This document shows positions 41,412-55,997 of a DNA stretch of 64,000 nt, one piece after another. Location of the stretch: NCBI GenBank assembly GCA_964016885.1, contig OZ024750.1, positions 48,422,001 to 48,486,000 of the forward strand, given 5' to 3'. The stretch comes from Eledone cirrhosa (lineage: Eukaryota). Each line of letters begins with the position of its first letter. Position 1 is the first letter of the stretch. The notes under the pieces were generated by a model. The model had not been told where the DNA came from and made no database searches. It worked only from the letters and a program-made list of their open reading frames with translations. The translations under genes and the position numbers were made by a program.

Positions 41412-42546
41412 GTAGTATATACTCGCGTATAGGTCGCACTTTTTTAACGATAAATAAGTATAAATGTTTGGGGTGCGACCTCATACTGACCAATACTGAC
41501 CAATGATTTTTCATAGACTTAATCAACGATGGGTATTTATAAAAATAACTTTGTTAATATTTTTTTTATTATTTAACATAATAATTTCATATATTTACCT
41601 TCTTATAAATATATTTCTTGATTTTATATTTTTTACTAAAACTTCGTAGTCTTTACGTTTTCTTTCTATCTGACCGAACCATCCGTCATTAAAATCGATA
41701 GAAATGCATTCCCGGTATTTAAAATATGATTTCATTGTCTTAGCGTTGCTATGAACACGTATTGTGACGTATTTACTTTAACAGGAAACAGATTATTGCA
41801 TGTGGCGTTTCTTTTTAAAATTAGCAAGTGAGAAAAGCTGATAGTTCAATTTTTTTTTTATAATTCACTGATAAATATGAACTCCAGTAAGAGAAAAAGT
41901 TCTCAAACTGTTCTCAAGTTAAAGGTGGTTGGTTATGCAGAAGAATTGGGAAATAGGTGTGAACATGTATTGGTGTTGTATCTTTCACGTTGCTGTAATA
42001 TTTTCAATGGTGTTCGTCAGATCTTCGCTTTCTCTTTCAAAGTAACTATCATCGTCAGAAATAAATACGTCTGTTTCATTTGAAGATAAATCACTAATAT
42101 TATCTTGTGTTTCTTTTTCATTTCGAATGTCGTCGCATGTAACACCTTCAAAGTCGGTATTCGCTACTTTGGGAAGCCATGTTTATACGCTAAAAATATG
42201 TTATAAATTTAACGTTAAAAAACACGTGTTATTTCAAGTTGTTTCAATATATTAAGAATTAATTTCCTCGCTTAAAGGCATTATCTCGCAGTAATCTCGA
42301 ATTGACGAAATTTCGATGACGTTAATGTTTTTTTATGAATAAAATATGGTATGGAGTATTTATCGCAACGGTGAAGTAATGGAAAGCTAACAGATTATTA
42401 GTTTCAATTATCATAAAAAATAGTAGTTTGATGGCCCGAATTTCAGTGCGACCTATCTGCAAGTAAATGGCAAATAGTCTATTTGTTAAATGAAAAGTGG
42501 GTATCCGACCTAGCTGCCGGAGGCACCTATACGCGAGTATATACGG
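41412..42546 (+). mobile_element. Decayed pogo/Tigger-like DNA transposon
   Basis: TIRs GTATATACTCGCGTATAGGT / ACCTATACGCGAGTATATAC(GG)TA; internal MNSSKRKSSQTVLKLKVVGYAEELGNR resembles the Brinker-type DNA-binding N-terminus of pogo transposases. Confidence 0.8.
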
Positions 42547-43149
42547 TATATTGACTGCTGTCTAGTTTTCTGGACTTCTAGATTTTAACGTCTGAAATTT
42601 TTACTTTGGGGAGTTTCGGGTTGTGAAACCTTAAATATCTTCTATGATAAGTTATATTAACCATAGGAGTAGGTAACTTTCTCACTTAGGGGTTGCTGGT
42701 CTGTATATTATCCCGCCATAAAAGAGTAACGGTTACGAATGCACTAGAATCGTTAGGTCACCAAAGCTAGCAGTAAAAATATTTTCGATAATTTGAACTC
42801 CCACTGACTATATAAGGTTGTCATCCGAGGTGGTGAGGGACTGGTAGCTACATAGAACAAATAAGGTTGGTTCTATTCTAGGTTGTAGTTGACTGGTCAA
42901 CCACCCACACCTCTGCGACTGCGCAGTGCTCTCAGGATGTTCTGAAAGCGGACACACGTTGCAAAAACATACACATTTTTTAGTCGGCTCCCTTCCACCC
43001 AAAATTGCCTCGGAAATATTACATTTTAATCAATATTTGCTGTCTAAAGTAATCACAGCTATCGTCATGGAAATATGTATAATGGCTCAATTAATAAAGG
43101 ATTCTAATATCTTCAACTTCACATTTTCCTCTGTATACATATACATATG

Positions 43150-43183
<34 letters not shown>

Positions 43184-43454
43184 TCAAGTAAGTATGTTTT
43201 GAAACAGTGAGCAGGTTTGAAATTAGAAAATAGAATAGCTTTCACCGTATTTTTGACTAAAAGAATTTAAGCCCGATAATGGGGTTTAGATCCCTCAGAT
43301 AAATGGGAAAAGATGAGTATTGTCGTACATGACGTACATGTACGTCAATACTCATCTTTTTCCATTTATCTTAGGGTTCTAAACCCCATTATCAGGCTAA
43401 AATACTTTAGTCAAAGATACGGTGTAAGCTATTTCATTTTCTAATATATGTATA

Positions 43455-43494
<40 letters not shown>

Positions 43495-44670
43495 ATTTTT
43501 CGACAGAGCATTCGCGATATTCGTAAACAAGTGAAAGAGTTCTAGTCTAGTACAAATCATTTCTATACGTGATAAACATGGCTATATTATAGGATAAATA
43601 GTGTTAGTAATTGAAAGACTAATGGAAACATTGTTTTCTCGGGTCGATTTGACGAATGTCAATCCACTGTTCATACACACTACGTCCCTTTACAATCTGA
43701 GTTCAAATCACGCCGAGGTTAGCTTTGCCTTTCATCCATACGGGGTCGATAAAATATAGTAACAATAATGTACTGGGTAATTTGCTGGCCTTATGCCAAA
43801 AGTAGAAACAATTATTAAATACTAGCAGAAAAACCACCCGTTGAGTGGTTCTCTGCTACCATATTTAGTGTTTTTATTGATAATATACGCAAGTATATAT
43901 AAATGTAGAGATGATACATCAAGTAAAATCGTAATTGACAATATACACAGAAATTGTACGAAGACAGTGTTACACTGTCTTATGTAATCAGTAACGTAAT
44001 CCATGATACATAAAAAAAGACTATATTATAATATAAACTGCATTAGGAGAAAATTAGTGACTGACAATTATTATGTTTATTTAAGCGATCGCCACCGAAA
44101 GTGTTGACATTTGAAAATTTTAAAGAAGGGAATCTTTAAATAAATCATAAACTATATTTAATGAACATCCACAAAATGTAATAGATAAATTATGCAATAT
44201 TCATTCATTATTTATTCAAAGAAATCCAACTTATTTTACTAATGGGATTAAACATTATAAACCGCACAAAGTTCCGTGCTTCTTACTTTATTATAGTATT
44301 TCGATATATACATCCTTAGTATTTTAGCAAGAATAAAATCATACAAATTTATTTATATGTACATATATACGATACATATATACATAGAGGCATACATAAA
44401 ACTTTAATAAGTTTAACTATATAAAACCTCTTAAAACTAAGCCCACAGCTCTCCTGTTATTAAGTATAATGAACTATACAGCGAAGTAGGATCAGTAGTG
44501 GGAGTGCACAAATGAAAGCGTCATGCCTCTAACAAAATCTGCTCAAAGAAATTCGAGTCTACTGGCCAAACACTACAAGTTTTCTGAAGACAGAATCACT
44601 TGCCTAGGCATTAGTCAGAACATAAACTGCATCAATCAAATCGTCTCCTTACTTGTATACAGATGTATAT

Positions 44671-44786
<116 letters not shown>

Positions 44787-44887
44787 ATATATATATATAT
44801 ATATATGCATATATATGTGTGCATATATATATTTGTATATGCATATGCAAAAATATATATATATACATATATATGTATATTTATATA

Positions 44888-44940
<53 letters not shown>

Positions 44941-44943
44941 TTT

Positions 44944-45633
44944 TGTATTAGTTCCCTGTATCCGCGTATTGCCAGGAATTTTAGCCGAGAATGTCTCCCT
45001 GATGAAGAAATGATTCTCCTTCTTCTCCATATGAAGATTATGTATATCCCCTTTCAGAAACTAATCAGTTAGGGTGAAATTTAAGTAAGTTAATTACTAT
45101 AATTTTCTTATTTTACGTGTTTTATATAATTGTTCCTCATCTTTTTATATTGAACCACAACGTTACTAAGACAACACCTATATCTTTGCTAACGTAACTA
45201 TACACCTGTATAAATATGTTGGTAGATATACTAATTCCTTATAATTATCACCAAATTATTTTGTTGAGCAAAAATGTGCCTGAATTACCATTATGGTTTG
45301 GTTGCTGTCTTTTTAACTCCCCACTCCTCACTGATTAACCTCGATGTCACGTGATTGATTCTTTTGAATTTGCCACAGACTAAGAAGGCAGTGACATTTC
45401 CAATGTCTTGGAATTTAGTCCGTGATTGCTTTTTTCCATACACTGAATTATTTGTGTATTAGTTTCCTGTGTCCGCGTATTGCCAGCAATCTTAGCCGAT
45501 AATGTTTCCCTGATGAAGAAAATATTCTCCATGGTCTCCATTTGAAGACTATGTATATCCCCTTTCAGAAACTAATTAGTTGGAGAGAAAGTTAAGTAAG
45601 TTACTTAATTACTATGAATTCCTTATTTTACGT
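44944..45633 (+). mobile_element. Retrozyme-like element: two ~175 bp direct repeats, each with an HHR, 511 nt apart
   Basis: CTGATGA at 44999 and 45510; repeats 44944-45118 and 45456-45633; (TA)n flanks. Confidence 0.75.
45505..45586 (+). ncRNA. Type I HHR motif (sister copy 44994-45075)
   Basis: UUUCC-CUGAUGA-aGAAA..UUUCa-GAAAC-UAAUUA-GUU-GGAGA; palindromic stem III ACUAAUUAGU. Confidence 0.65.
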
Positions 45634-45657
45634 CTCATATATATATATATATGCATG

Positions 45658-45688
<31 letters not shown>

Positions 45689-46738
45689 CCATATATATAT
45701 ATTTTCAAGTAAATATGTGCATTTCTTTGTTTATTTTTTTATATATGAATATGGATTGTTCCTTCTATCTCATTCTGTTATTTTGCCCGAGAAAATATCT
45801 GTGTGTGTCATCAAATGTTGTACACACATAGATATTTTTTCAATTTCCAATTGAGTTCTTAGCACGTGGCCTGAATTCCTTTCAGAATTCATTGTCATGC
45901 GCATGTATTGTTTTTTTTTGGCGGTAATTTACTTCCTCATTTTTTGAATCAGTTTGAGCACTTCTTTAAAACTGCTGGACTGGCAACCTGACAGATACGT
46001 CAGGCACAGAGGATTATGATTATCGCTAAATACTGATGTTGGTTAGATTATCAATATTAGTATTATTGGGGCACCCACTGATGAATTATAGGAGCCCACT
46101 TGAATATACATCTATTGATGGTATACAAGCTCCTACATAAATTGGTATAATTTCACCCAAATTGTAGGAAACCTATAATGAAACCAGACGTCCGTCTGGA
46201 AAGAGATGTATTAGATATGTCTCATATGAAATAATACAGCCAATTTTCCACGCAATACTTTTAGTTAGCAGCCCGAACACATAATTGGGAATATAATCAC
46301 TTATTTCCTAATGTTTGTTGAGTGAGTTGGAATTTGGCCGGAGTATCGCTAAAAAGCTTTCTCCGATATTGTATTTATATATATATATATATAATTGGGA
46401 ATCAGTAAAATCGAATCTCTGGCGGTTTGCAAGAAATTCGGCCTACTTATATGAAGTGATGGGTTAGCGAAGCACTCGATAATATAGGTCTCAGAGTTAT
46501 AACATACGGTTAAATAGCTTGACAAATCGGACATTGTGGTAGGCTAAACTAACACACAATACATATATATGATGAAATATATGGAGAATAGAAATGGCTG
46601 TGTAGTTGATATTTAAGGTAAGTTAAAATGCAGTGGGAATACGAAGAGAGCAAGAACGGGGGGAGTGGATTCCTCATCCCATTGTATACTAGGGGGGGGG
46701 GTCTCTGATATTTCTACGCTTTACATAAAGAGAGAGAA

Positions 46739-46798
<60 letters not shown>

Positions 46799-47354
46799 TT
46801 CGGATCTAGCTGTTTAGAGGGCCGGAGCTCAGCCGTCGAGTTCTTGATCTTTCCATATATATATATTGTTATACTTGGGGATGGTCACATTTGTGTAATA
46901 ATATTGCAAGAATTAATAACAAAACACACTCACTGTTTGGTTGGTTTTCGCTTCTGTGTCTTTTATATCGTCGGTTAATTTTATTTATTCGGTCCTCAAT
47001 GTTTTATATATATATATATATATATACAAACATACATACAAAAATACACACTCTGCTCATATATACATGTGTGCATACATGCTTGTGACCTGAGTGTATT
47101 TACAGGTGTTATACAGAGTTGATGTTTTCTACATAGTGTATTTATATTGTGATTTATGAGGATGTTAATTATTAAAAGCTGACAGGAATTATAAACAGTC
47201 GGCCATTTTTCATTTTTCTGACATTTATTAAACACTTGTGATTGTTGAACTCAATACTTACAATACATTATAAGAACGTGTCTATAGGGTATATACTATA
47301 ACCACAAGTGTATATATGTTTACACAAATGCATGCAATTTAAATATACTTTAAG

Positions 47355-47545
47355 GGCGGTGGATTGGCAGTGTCGGCAGAAGTTCGGACGCCATGCTTTG
47401 CAGCACAGTTACGTCCCTTTACTGACTGAGTTCAAATCCCGCCGAGTTTAATTTTGCCTTTCATCCTTACAGGGTCGATTACATAAAGTACCAGTAATAC
47501 ACTGGGATAATTGCTGGCCTTATGCCAAAATGTAGAAACAATTAT
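47355..47545 (+). mobile_element. SINE with 13 bp TSD
   Basis: TAAATATACTTTA at 47340-47352 and 47545-47557. Confidence 0.9.
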
Positions 47546-47892
47546 AAATATACTTTATATTATGGACTATAAACATAGGTGTGTATATAATATAATATAA
47601 ATACTTATGTTTCTTGTGTATAATATAACCAAAAGTGAATATGCTGTATACTATACACATACGTGTTTTATCATATTCTATAACCACAAACTATATGTTA
47701 CATACAACAAAGACAAACGTCTAAATGCTTTACCATAATCGCAAGTGTATATATTAAATAACATAAATGAGACTGTATATATGATATAGCATAAACACGA
47801 GTTTATATTCTGTATAACAAACACATGTTTATATCATATACTGTAAGCACATATGTATGTATTGAACCCATGTAGAAACCATTGGATATAAT

Positions 47893-48080
47893 GGCGGTCG
47901 ATTGGCAGTATCGGTAGAGGGTCGGCCGCCATGCTTTCCAGCATAGTTACGTCCCTTTACGATCTGAGTTCAAATTCCGCCGAGGTTAACTTTGCCTTTC
48001 ATCCTTACGGGGTCGATAAAATAAAGTACAAGTAATGCACTGGTGTATTGCTGGCCTTGTGCTTAAAGTAGAAACAATTA
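47893..48080 (+). mobile_element. SINE, near-consensus copy
   Basis: Full-length family match; ATATAATG on both sides. Confidence 0.9.
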
Positions 48081-48197
48081 TATATATAATGAACACAAAA
48101 CCATATATACTCTGAAACTGTACATATATAATATACTCTGAATAAATGTGCGTTTATTACAAACATAACTGTTTATATTATATATTGCAAAGACGAA

Positions 48198-48520
48198 GGC
48201 GGTGGATGTGCAGTATCGGTAGAGGTTCGGCGGACCTCATGCTTTGCAGTATAGAGTTACAACCCTTTATGATCTGAGTTACGACCCTTTATGATCTGAG
48301 TTACGACCCTTTATGATCTGAGTTACGACCCTTTATGATCTGAGTTACGACCCTTTATGATCTGAGTTACGACCCTTTATGATCAAATCCTGCCGAGGTT
48401 AACTGTGCCTTTCATCCTTGCGGGGTCGATAAAATAAAGTACTAGTTACGCACTGGGTCGATTTAATCGACTTTCCCATCCCCGAAAATTGCTGGCCTTT
48501 TGCCTATATAAGAAGACATT
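48198..48520 (+). mobile_element. SINE with internal 6 x 22 bp tandem expansion
   Basis: GAGTTACGACCCTTTATGATCT units start at 48254, 48276, 48298, 48320, 48342 and 48364; TSD-like TTATATATT..AAAGAC. Confidence 0.9.
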
Positions 48521-48722
48521 ATATATTCTAAAGACAAATCTTTCTATTTCATACCATAACCGGATGTGTTTATAATATATACGGCCTAGCATGTGAAGGG
48601 GTGTGGTTTTATTGTTAAGGTGTTCGTTCCATGCTCATAAATGTCCTGAATTCGTTGTCTTCTTGAACAAGACATTTTGCTTAACACTGTTCCAGTCTAC
48701 TCGGCTGGCAAGAAGTGTTGAC

Positions 48723-48919
48723 CTGTAATTGAAATTGCCAGCCTCATTACATATTATTTCAGGCTGAACATTTCTGAAATCAACATCAGGGATGAAAATA
48801 TCCGTAGAATCCCCAGAAACATAGACATTAATTTCAGGTTTAGACTTCTGCATTGTTTCAACATCTGGAACACTTACGGTTGGAAGTGATTTAGCTCCAA
48901 CAAAATGGTAGTGTATATT
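48723..48919 (-). CDS. Possible isolated host exon (unknown protein)
   Basis: Open frame NIHYHFVGAKSLPTVSVPDVETMQKSKPEINVYVSGDSTDIFIPDVDFRNVQPEIICNEAGNFNY between tttcgtAG and a weak GTcaac donor. Confidence 0.25.
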
Positions 48920-49319
48920 CTACGAAATTCCATTAAATGAAACATCAGGATAAATATATATCCTCCGAATAACTGAAACTATATGACGGGGATGTCGTAG
49001 ATTTCGAAGCTAGCAATCGGTTGCTTTATCAAATGAATTCCTAGCTTGTGTAGAATGTCGAGTGTTTCTTAGACAAACCGAAGCAGCATGATACAATGTG
49101 TGACATGGCAGCATGATACAATGTGTGACATGGGTTTACATTTGAATTATTGATTCAATCAATTCGACGGGATTTCACACAGCTTCTGACCACCAAAATG
49201 CTATAAAACACCCATGGAAATTGAAACCAAAACCTATTTCGTAACAGAATTTCTAAACCACTCAGTCATGCTTTCACCCAAAACTGAACAATACACTTAA
49301 ATTAATTGTGACGTATCGC

Positions 49320-49700
49320 TAGTACCCCGTCGCGCCTGAATGAAGCTCTGTAGAAACAGGAGGTACCACGGGAAGGTGTTGCAGGAGACACACATGAGAA
49401 GGAGAGGCCACATGCTTGAGCGCACAGCAAGCTGCCGACATAGTGGTAGTCATTTCCTCTAGACAGGAGACGCTCTGCAATCGCAATATTATCATTAACC
49501 ACCCCAATCAAAGCAGCTGCAGCCTGCTTTGAGGAGGGCAGGAAGACGGCGACTGAAAGCTATCCGCCACCAAAGCACCAACTGAACCATAGCTTGCATA
49601 TCGATGATTGGCCTCTGCAACTTCCTCAAAGTGTGCTAGTGCACGAAACATGAAACCAATTCTCCCCACTCATCTTAACAAGCGAAACATTCGCTATTCA
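49320..49700 (+). pseudogene. Decayed 3' end of an RTE-like LINE
   Basis: GC-richer block with IKAAAACFEEGRKTA and an ATTGGCCTC (IGL) motif typical of RTE ORF C-termini; frameshifted. Confidence 0.45.
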
Positions 49701-50293
49701 AATCAATATACTCTATACTTATTATTCTCATATTTTTTTGTCTTTGAACTCTATTCTACAGAGCATGGATGAGTTCTTAGGATGTTTACATCTGAACCAT
49801 GACCATGACGTGTCAGGTTCGATCTCAATTCTTCGCTTTTTGGATAAGTCTACTTTTGTCTGGATTCAATCACATGACCTTAGTTTAAAACCGTATATTC
49901 GAAAACTGTTTTTAATCCCGTCGGATAGGTTCATCAATAATTCCCAATGAAGCATTGTGAAATGTGTAAAATATGTAGTTTAGAAAGCCACAACAATGCA
50001 GATGGGAAATCTCGAGGTAAGAAGTGAGTGAGAAATAGGAGAAAAGTGAAAATGAAAATGAAAACAAAACAAAGGTAGAAGGGTTACCGTAGAGGAGATT
50101 TAATCCCAATATTTCGGGCTCACGCCCATCAACGTTATATATGTATATATATATATATATATATAACCAAAGATTAATATGGTTAATTGATTACTAAAGT
50201 AAGGTAGTTTTACAATAGATTATAAGCACTCTACAACAAAGCTTTCTGGAGTTATTCATATTATTCAGAATATTAATAAATGAAGATATTCTG

Positions 50294-50349
<56 letters not shown>

Positions 50350-52805
50350 TTCTTATTTTTACATTAGTCAGGAGTAAATTCCTTGAGAGCTGCAACCTGC
50401 ATACTGAGTTGTCGGTAAACAACCAACCCATACTCAAAATTATATATATGTGTGTGTGTAAATGTATATAAAACTATGCGTGGATATGTTTTTGAATATT
50501 TGTAACCAAAGTTTACATATGTGTAGGCATGTACTACAGAACCCTCATATTCCTTCGGTTGTTTCTTACTTGTTATTTTCTATCCTCGGAGAGAAATATT
50601 GAAATATATTTGCTAACACACCATAAACACTTAAGTCGTTTTAAAATGTATACAAACGATGGGGTTTGTGAAAACTAGAAGTGGAAATATTGATTATGTC
50701 TTCCACTTTCATATTTCAGGGTAAAGGTGTATACTGCCTTTTAAAGGAACAGAGAAAGCTTTTAACTTAATAACCTGAGAGCAGTGAATCATATTAAATG
50801 CGAAATAAATGGCTGACAGCTTTTATACGGAACGTATGGTTTTTATAGACACGAACAAGTTTTCTGAATTTAAGCGCAAAGAAAATGACTTGAACTTTCG
50901 CCTGTGTTAGTTCGCTCGTATTCGGTGCATATTTTACCATTTAAACGCTCTTCTGTGGGAGGATCTGATTCTACTTTTCTATATTTGTGTGTTTACGCTT
51001 TCTCTCTTGAATGTGAGTGTGTGTATTTATACATGTATGTGATCGAGGAAAACAACTATACGCTTGATCGGGAATGAAATGTGAGGAAATATCAGTTTTG
51101 AATTTTGCATAGAGCAAACAATAAAGATATTTAATAAAGATGCATGCACACTTCATTCTGAAGTCAAGGGAATAGGTTAGATTGAGGTCGATATAATTAG
51201 ATTCATGTAGTTAATTATCTAATGTATTATATAGCGCTTCAATTATTAATTATTTGACTTCGCTACCAGCAAAGGACCATTTATGCTAATCCGAATTATT
51301 GATTTACAGAATTCCCTATTTGTTTTGAGTATATAACAACTCTATGCTACATAAGTGTGGAAGGACAAATGCGTGTGCGCGGCATCTGATGTGTATAAAA
51401 GACAGGATCTACAATGCTATCGCCTATCTGTTATATTTCATAAAACACTGGTATAATTAGAAAACACTGGTAGGAGTAGAAATATATTCGTTTATATTAT
51501 ATTCGATTGAGCGTCACGTTGAAATCCTTCAAGGTCTACTATAGTGTATACCATATATGACAGTTTCAAGTAAATATGTTGTTCTCTGCGAGGATATTTA
51601 ACATTCACTCTTGGTAAACAACTTTCAATCCCTTCTTAAAAAATAAACTGCTGCGGGTAAAAGGAATGGCATTTGAGGTGTCTTTAAAAGTTCGTAATAT
51701 TACTTATTCATAAACACGTGCCCACCACATATGTGTTTCTGTGTGTGTGTGCGCGCGCGCGTGCGTAAATATATGATATGTGTACAAATACGCATTTGGA
51801 AAAGTAAAATATAGTGCTCCTAAAATGGAACTTCGACCCTGAATCTCTTAAAGCTATAAATATTAACGTTGTTGCTACTGCTAAATGCGTTTGCTGAAAT
51901 CCATACATTTGACAAGATTCCATGCGACCATTCATAAATTAATTCTTAATTATACTTAATTAATATAATATAATTGAATTAATGAAATTTACTTTAGGTT
52001 GACCTGTTTATTGTGCAATACTATTTGTTTTAATATCTCAGAAATTTCTGAATGACAAAAAAACGAAAATAAAAAGACAAATATAACGGAGGAAGAAGAT
52101 ATATGCAAAAGAGAAGATGCATGGTCGATCACTGCTGGGTCACTAGTCGTATGTTTTTAGGCTTTCCAAGTTCAAACACTTCCGAAGTCAACGTTATCTT
52201 TCATCCTTCTGGAATTGATAAATGAAATACTAATCAAATACTAGCAACGTTAGATGTCTAATATTCACTTGAAATCATTTAAAGGCTTTCGGCTAATATT
52301 TTATTTCGTTATTCGTTCAATCACCAGACTGCGGCCATGCTTCATCTTTCATCGATAATATGAATTACGAAAGAAGCACTAGGGCTGCTTCTATCACATT
52401 TACCCTTCTCACAAGTGTGTTACCCTCGGACCTATATTATGTATCATTGTATTAGCAGAACCGTGTATTGTTTTCATTAATCACTATCTCTTGGATGAGG
52501 AAAGGTTGTGTCAATTACATACGCTACAATTCTACATTGTTTTGGATACATATATTTCATTTACATTGAAATACAGACAAACAGATATAGTGTAGACAGC
52601 CATAAAATAGACAACGATAGAGAGAAAACCATTGTAGCGAATAGAATAACTTTATAATTGCTATATTCATAAGTGGGCAAAGCTATAGATAATGGATATT
52701 ACAGATAAACTTTCTGCACCGTTTCTTTTTCAGCGGGTAGAAACAAATGCATATATGAATCAATCATGGCTTCAGATATGGAATGGAGTTTGCATGTAAG
52801 TGTGA

Positions 52806-52843
<38 letters not shown>

Positions 52844-52879
52844 AAATAATGAATAAAACAATGTTTATATGTAGATTTA

Positions 52880-52948
<69 letters not shown>

Positions 52949-53588
52949 TTCTAGAGGAGACAGCATTACTATGTATTATTTTGTCTGTTAGAAACTATGC
53001 TATCTATTTGCGCAAATTAATATTAACATTTATTATGTATCATTTCCAGAACATTTTTCGATGCTGTGCTAACAAAATGGGAAATAGAGAATGAATAATT
53101 TACAGGTATAATGTTAAAGGGGCACTGAAGCGTTCACAGAGTCGTAGCGGCACAGTGGATACAAATATCCTACCTTGGAAATGTAAAATATAGTTGAGCC
53201 CATCAATCTCCAACTCTGACTATATTAACATGTCAAAATAAAGTGATTATTTCATTGCATAATCTAATCTAACTTGGTGGAAAAATATAGAAACATACCG
53301 TTGCATCTATGATTGACAAAATTCAAAGGATTATTTCTTCACGAACACAAATCCATAATTCATATGAGTTGAGCTAAGTAATATTCATCAATTCAATTTA
53401 CAAACGCATATTTTAAATATTAATTTTCATTAATAGTTTAGGGGAGACAAACCTGCAATTTAAAGTAACTGGAAACATCGATACATAGATACATACAAAT
53501 CGATACATATTCTCATCCACACTAAAATAATCCCGCTTAGATTTTCAGTTATTGGATGCATGGTGTACATTCGCGCAATACATACATG

Positions 53589-53634
<46 letters not shown>

Positions 53635-53746
53635 AGGACATTTAATTAAATCTAAGGTAAAAGACCAATTGTCAGCAATATCTTTTGCATTTGCATTTTT
53701 TATTCCATGCCCATACCTGCATTGGTTTGGCTTTACACATTCAAAC

Positions 53747-53794
<48 letters not shown>

Positions 53795-53798
<4 letters not shown>

Positions 53799-54682
53799 AT
53801 AAATTGGGGGGGGGGGGTTCTTGTTGCCAATAAGAAATACACGCACCAGTTCATTTCACTTCAATTTATTATAAATTTCCGGTTCGTTGGTTGGTTCCAC
53901 AACCGGACTGTTGTTCATATATTGTCAATGTTCTTTCGTCATACATTATGTGACCTCTTCAATGACTGGGGATTATTTTGTTTGTTTTGTGCCTCTCCTT
54001 TGTTCTGTCCTACGCCATCTTGTTTTTGTGTCTGTTGTGCGCTTAGTTTGCGAATGCGTTACAACCGGTTCTCTGTGTGAATTTTTATTTGTTTATATAT
54101 TTGTTCATTTACATGTTACTAGTTATTTGTTTGTTCTATGTGTCTGTGTTCATGTTGTCCTTAATTGTAAGTTGTGATGTTGCTATTCCATTCATGTTTT
54201 CTATTTAATGTTGTTTGGCGTTCATGTATATTTATTGCCTCTGTGATTTGTCTAAACATTGCTTTTTTTCTGTGTGTAGATTTTATTTTGATTTCTATGT
54301 TCTCTAATTTGCCCTTATGTTCTATTTTAGCATGTCGGTGGATTACTAATGATTCTTTTCTATATTGGAGTACTCGCCAGTGTTCATTTAATCCTTCTCC
54401 TATACTACGAGCTGTCTCACCGATGTACATTATATTCGTATATTTACATTGGCCTTCGGTACATCGTATGCTATATACAATGTTTCTAGTTTTACAGTTA
54501 ATATGGGGGCTTAGTTTACAGATTATGCATTTCCTATCTATACAGGGAAGTCTTAGAAATGGGTATGTATTACTAATAAGTGTTTTTATGGAGGTACCTG
54601 GTCTTTCCAATATTTTAATATTTAGTTCAAGTTCTTGAAAATGCTTTTAATTAAGCATACAGTTTATTGCACAATACACTAT
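53795..54682 (-). mobile_element. 5'-truncated PLE with GIY-YIG remnant (54161-54610)
   Basis: CIDRKCIICK..CKTRNIVYSIRC..MYIGETARSIGEGLNEH..FRQITEA; tail is homologous to 62585-62670; an inverted family-B-like end lies at 54635-54682. Confidence 0.85.
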
Positions 54683-54697
54683 ATATATATATATATT

Positions 54698-54882
54698 GAA
54701 GGCGTGTGGCTGAGGTGTTAGATAATTGGATTCGCAATGCGATGCGTTATGTCCTTGAGCAAGACACTTTATTTCACGTTGCTCCTTTTACCTGGAGTTG
54801 CGACCGATAGGTAGTATTAGCAATTGAAAGATCAACGGAAACATTGTTCCGTCGGTCAGATTTGACGAAAGTCGATCGTTCC

Positions 54883-54884
<2 letters not shown>
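54698..54884 (+). mobile_element. Fragment of a second SINE-like family (also ~48595-48715)
   Basis: GAAGGCGTGTGGCT head and GTCCTTGAGCAAGACACTTTATTTCAC block. Confidence 0.55.
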
Positions 54885-54942
<58 letters not shown>

Positions 54943-55120
54943 TTATATATATTATCGTTATCGTTATGGCTGATCCACTTGGAGGTAGTCCGGTTAGAGT
55001 GCCCCGTGTTGTGAATGGTTTTAACGTGCGGCTTAGTTTGACTCAACAAGATGGTTCCATAGTGATGCAGCGAGTTCGCGGTAGTTTCTCAGCAGGTTAT
55101 ACTTGCAGGAATAATAATTA

Positions 55121-55605
55121 AAAAAAGAAGAGTAACATGGATGGCTGTACAATAAGGGCTTTATTCAAATTGCTGACAATTGTTTCGTTGATCTGTTGCG
55201 TTTAGAGTTCGCTAATCGCTTGACGCTGCGTCAATCGACCTCCAATACGTTGTTTACAACCAGTCAACACATCAGAGCAAGTGAATCTGAAAATAATACG
55301 CAAGGCATGGCTTTTAGAAGAGTGGTGTTAAACCAAAACATTAACATCAGTAACAAAATAGCTATATAGCGAATAATTAAAACAAGTTGGTTTAAAACCA
55401 CCCCTCTATAAAAGCCATGCCTTGCGTATTATTTACATATCCACTTGCACTGATGTGTTGACTGGTTGTAAACAACGTATCGAAGACCAATTGATGCAGC
55501 AGCAAGCGATTAGCGAACTCTAGACGCAACATATCAACGAAACAATTGTCAGCAATTTGATAAAGCCTTTGTTGTATGGCCAACCATGTTACACTTTTTC
55601 TTTAA
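55121..55605. mobile_element. Fold-back element, ~215 bp arms, HHR motif on each strand
   Basis: 55121-55336 is the reverse complement of 55386-55605; ~50 nt spacer. Confidence 0.85.
55170..55280 (-). ncRNA. Type I HHR motif with CUGAUGU core (mirror copy 55445-55555 on plus)
   Basis: UUGCU-CUGAUGU-GUUGA..UCAAC-GAAAC-AAUU-GUC-AGCAA; palindromic stem III ACAAUUGU. Confidence 0.7.
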
Positions 55606-55752
55606 CTATACACACACCCATACCCCCCCCCCACACACACACACATATATATATATATATAAAGATACAGAAACGAAAACCAACAAAACAGTGTATGTGT
55701 GTTCTGTTATTATTTCTGGCAATATTACAACAATATGACCGTCCACACGTAT

Positions 55753-55811
<59 letters not shown>

Positions 55812-55812
55812 A

Positions 55813-55997
55813 ATAATTGTTTGTACGTTAGGCACAAGGCCAGCAATTACCCAGTGTATTACTGGTACTTAATTTTATCGACCCCGTAAGGATGAAAGGC
55901 AAAGTTAACCTCGGCGGGATTTGAACTCAGATCGTAAAGGGACGTAACTATGCTGGAAAGCATGGCGTCCGACACTCTACCGATACTGCCAATCCAC
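55813..55997 (-). mobile_element. SINE copy
   Basis: Reverse-strand full-length family match. Confidence 0.9.

Noticed and set aside
48254-48384. CRISPR-like array of 22 bp repeats
   Set aside because: Head-to-tail units without spacers, derived from SINE-internal sequence; eukaryotic context and no cas genes
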